A DNA stretch of 39,361 nt from NCBI RefSeq assembly GCF_004010195.1, contig NC_057758.1:9689033-9728393 (forward strand), in the 5' to 3' direction. The translations under genes and the position numbers were made by a program. This stretch comes from Chiloscyllium plagiosum (taxonomy: Eukaryota). The notes below the pieces were generated by a model, which was not told where the DNA came from, ran no database searches, and saw only the letters and a program-made list of their open reading frames with translations. Below are positions 35,696-39,361 of this stretch, piece by piece. Every line of letters begins with the position of its first letter. The first letter of the stretch is position 1.

Positions 35696-36429
35696 ATGGG
35701 AGTGTAGTAGATTCAGAGGTGACCTGATAAAAGTTCATAAAATAATAGAAGTATTGATAGAGTTAATGGTAGTTGTCTTTTCCCTAGAATGGGGGACTTC
35801 AAGACTAGGGAGCACATTTTTAAGGTGAAAGGAGAGAGATTTAAAATAAATGACATGAGCCTTTTTTTTACACAGAGGGTGGTTTCCATGTGGAATGAAC
35901 TTCCTGAGGAAATAGTGGATACGGGTGCAACTACAATGTTTAAAAGACATTTAGATAGATATATGAATAGGGCAGGTTTGGAGGGATATCGACCAGGAAC
36001 AGGCCGTCAGAACTAGTTTAGGTTGGGATGATGTTCTGTTTCCATGCTGGATGACTCTATAAATGCTCTCTGCCAGTTCAGTGCATGTCAATTCTCAAGT
36101 ACCTCATTCACCAAATCCAACATTTCCTCCTTAAATTGGAAATATACTGAAGAAAGTCCTGCTGAAAATGCACAAGGGAAGACTTTGCCTCACACCCTTT
36201 GCAATAATCCTACCTCAGTCTATATAGTTCTATTATAACTAATCGATAGTTCATGTACCTGACCAATTTCCTTACAAATATATTATGCTATATATTTCTC
36301 ATAAGTTGGTAACAGGGAGGATACACCAAGTGACATTATGTGATCTCTACTGCTTCTGAGCTCTAACCTGTAGTGTTGATGATGCTTCCTGACACTCTGT
36401 TTATCTTGTCTTTGAACTCCTGGCAATTG

Positions 36430-37038
36430 AATCTGACTGCTGTCCACCAACATTGTGAGTGCAGGCCCAGTCAATGAATGGGAATCAGATCTGGGGTCAG
36501 GCAGAGCTGCCCACTCTCTGCTGTCTTTTTTTAATGTGTCGTATAGAGCCTGTTGCGAATTGCATCCGGAAGGATGCAAGCCTGAAAAAGGTAACTATTC
36601 CAGGCAGCAGAGGCCTGCAGGTCATGAATGGCGTCACTGTTTTCTACTTGGATATGCTGTCAGTGTGCAGATTCATGAGCATCTGTAAGCACTTCGAACT
36701 GGCCTGGAGAACCAAGGCAGATCAAGTCAAGAGCAAGGCCATATTCTTTGGAAACTGGGCTGACTAATCCTTTATCCACTTCAGCATCAGAACAGATTAC
36801 TCAAAGATGTTGGGAATAAGGTTCTGAGGGGGCAGGGGATATACCAGAATTTGGAAGAGCATATCACCAAAGTGAGGCAGAAACTGGGCTTTTGGGAGCT
36901 TTTACTCCCAGGCAGTGAGAAATTCTAATGATTGTTCTTCCTTTGTATGCAAATATTGTACAGAACTGTTTTTGTACCTGTGTATGTATATGAAGATTTT
37001 CTTTATGAATAAAGTATATTTTTGCAATAAAAATAAAA
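36430..37038 (+). mobile_element. Tx1/L1-clade retrotransposon RT remnant with polyA-type end
   Basis: SGVRQ-like motif, IEPVANCIRKD, ICKHFELAWRTKADQVKSKAIFFGNWAD; ends gAATAAAgtatatttttgcAATAAAaataaaa. Confidence 0.72.
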
Positions 37039-37289
37039 TTTTGTATCCAGTTTTAATCACTTAACCTCTCCCCTCCTCCCTGAACCAGCTGTACTGATGC
37101 AAGCCCCTGGAGCAGGCTTGGTCTCCCATGGGGGTGCTGGAGTGTGTGAGACCAGCAAGAGAGCTGGGACTAAATGCAATGGTGAGGATCACCTCTTCAG
37201 TCTCTCCATGTCTTTCCTTATCTCCTGTTTTTCTCTGACTTTTGCTCGTTTTGCTATTTGCCTGTCTGTCTCAGCCTGTCTTGCACTGC

Positions 37290-38580
37290 AAGGTCCTTCA
37301 TGGTATCAGGGGTGAGCTGGCAAAATGGATACAGAACTGGCTTAGAGATAGGAGACAAAGGGTAGCAGTGGAAGGATGCTTTTCAAACCAGAGGGTTGTA
37401 ACCAGTGGTGTTCCACAGGGATCAGTGCTGGGACTTCTGCTGTTTATGGTCTATATAAATGATTTGGAAGAAAATAAAGCTCGTCCAATTAGTAAGTTTG
37501 TGGATGAAACAAAGATTGGTAGAGTTGCAGAAAGTGAGGATTGTCAGCGGATACTGCAGGATATAAATCAGTTGGAGGCATGGGCAGAAAATTTGCCTTT
37601 GGAAGTTAATCTGGACAAATGTGAGTGCATTTTGGAAGGTCAAGTGCAGATAGGAATTGCGCAGTAAATGGGAGTTTTATAAAGTAGGGGTGGACTCCCT
37701 TCTGAGAACTAAAACCAAAACACCCAAGAGGAACACATGATCTGTTTAAAGAATGTGAAAAGCAGTGTACCCTGCTTTTAGCAACGTGTAGTGGTTAATT
37801 TTATTTTTAAAAATTCCCTGCCACTCCCTTTAAAATGAACAAGTAACAGTTTAATTATCTAACTCTAACAGTGATCAAATTAACTAAACTATTAACAAAC
37901 CAAATAAATCCCTTGGAACTACTAACTATTCCTGAATAAAACAAGATTCTAGTGGTCTACTGTTCCAATATCGACGAGTCCCACTCATACAAAAAAAATT
38001 AGTCTCTAAATTGAAGCCAGGTTACATCTTCCGGAATGTTCTGTCAGAATATTAGCTAAGTTTGCTGCGATATACAGATGGTCCTTTCTCTAAGAACTGA
38101 GCGTTATTATCTCTAGTGGATGGTGGTTGTGTATTATGGGGAATTTTAGCTATAAAAAGCGGTGGATAGACGGGGTTTGTTTTCACTGGAATGCAGAAGG
38201 TTGAGGAACAACCTGATCAAAGTTTATAAGATTTTGAATGGCATGGATAGAGTGGAAAGTATGAAACTTTTTCGCAGGGTGGAGGGGTCAATTACTCTGG
38301 GACACAGGTTTAAGTTGCAGGGTTGGGAAGAGCAGTTTGAAAGAAATGTACAAGGCACAGTTTTCCCGCAAAGGGTGGTGACTGTAACCCACTGCCAGGA
38401 GAGGTAGTGAAAGCCAACACAATGGCAGCATTCAAGAAACACCCGGGTTAATGCATGAATAAGAAGGGAATAGAGGGATATGGATTGTATAAGTGAAGGC
38501 AGTTTTCATGTGGAAGGGCAAATGTGTTTGTGTAGAGTTGGAGGGCCCAATGGACTGTTCCTGTGCTGTATTGTTCTTGC
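37290..38580 (+). mobile_element. CR1 RT/3' fragment interrupted by an unrelated AT-rich insertion (~37670-38135)
   Basis: [36 protein letters not shown]; resumes [20 protein letters not shown]. Confidence 0.85.
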
Positions 38581-38784
38581 TGTCTCGCTTACACAGACTC
38601 TCACTCCCTCTCTCTCTCACTTTCACTCTGTCTTTCCCTCCCTCCCTTAATCTCTCTGTCTCTCTCCCCCTCCCTCCCTCAGTCTTTCTCAATAAACTCT
38701 CCTGCATTCTGCACTCTTACCTCTTCCTTTACTTTGGTTTTTTTAATGTCCCTATAACTGAGCTCCCACCTCCCTCCATCCCAA

Positions 38785-39090
38785 TTTAGATTAAAGCCCT
38801 GTCTACATCCCTAGTTATGCAATTTGCTAGGACTCTCGGCCCGGTATGGTTCAGATGAAGACTATCCCATTCAAACAGGTCCATTCTTCCCCAGTACTGG
38901 TGGCAATGTCCTATGAATTCAATCCTATTTCTCCCGTGCCAATCTTTGAGCCACACATTTACCTGCTTAATCTTATTGAAACTGTGCCGATTAGCTTGTG
39001 ACTCAGGTAATAATCTGGAGATTATGATCTTTTTGCTTCTGATTTATAGTTTAGCTCTTAGCTGTTTATATCACCTTAGCAGAACCTCAG
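38785..39090 (-). mobile_element. CR1 ORF1 SGNH-esterase C-terminal fragment
   Basis: Minus translation IIISRLLP...VNVWLKDW...YWGRMDLFEWDSLHLN, homologous to the ORF1 at 2750-2990. Confidence 0.75.
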
Positions 39091-39361
39091 TGAGGGAGAT
39101 GGATGAGTGACAGGTGAGGGAGTGAGGAAGATGGGAGAGTGAGAGAGATGGTAAGGGTGTAGATGGGGAGGTGATAGGAGGGAGAGGGCGTAGGGAGCTT
39201 AGGGGGAAGGGTAAGGAGGTGAGTGGGAGGGGATAGGGAGTCCAAGATAGGGAGGTGGGCAATATGGGATAGCAGGTGAGGGAGATGGGTATGAGAGGTG
39301 AGTGAGGAGAGGGGGTATTGAGATAGTGATAGGAGAGGGAGTGAGTGGACAGGATTAAGGA
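39090..39361. repeat. Purine-rich (G/A) low-complexity tract
   Basis: Almost C-free GGGAG/GTGAG-rich sequence; a CT-rich tract lies at ~38595-38700. Confidence 0.85.

Larger units (their letters stand above)
33860..36060 (+). mobile_element. CR1 LINE ORF2 fragment with two nested insertions
   Basis: [49 protein letters not shown]. Confidence 0.9.

Noticed and set aside
38432..39262. Short Leu/Ser/Pro- or Arg/Glu-rich ORFs
   Set aside because: Translations of CT/GA low-complexity tracts.

Overview
Eukaryotic, repeat-rich vertebrate DNA with three N-gaps (3380-3879, 9990-10273, 27950-28847). It is most likely from a shark or other elasmobranch; this is inferred from the HE1-type V-SINEs, the abundant CR1/HER1-type LINEs and the NLR type. 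The window holds one apparently intact + strand NOD-like receptor gene. I reconstructed it by hand as 9 coding exons (1353-31244, all GT-AG, phases consistent, 2802 nt = 933 aa): N-terminal helical, probably death-fold domain, then FISNA-like region, NACHT and ribonuclease-inhibitor-type LRRs, with no B30.2. The rest is largely nested retroelement debris: about 18 CR1 fragments (nearly all sense-oriented), a Penelope-like element with a ~560-bp head-to-head inverted duplication, solo-LTR-like repeats, two SINE families, and Rex1-like and Tx1-like fragments. The most unusual signal is a set of minimal hammerhead ribozyme motifs in three Penelope-related repeat families. One is a small palindromic, TSD-flanked non-coding element with an intact hammerhead on each strand (21912-22205; further copies at 34431-34632 and 30621-30714). 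Repeat boundaries are approximate and family names come from recall, not from database searches.
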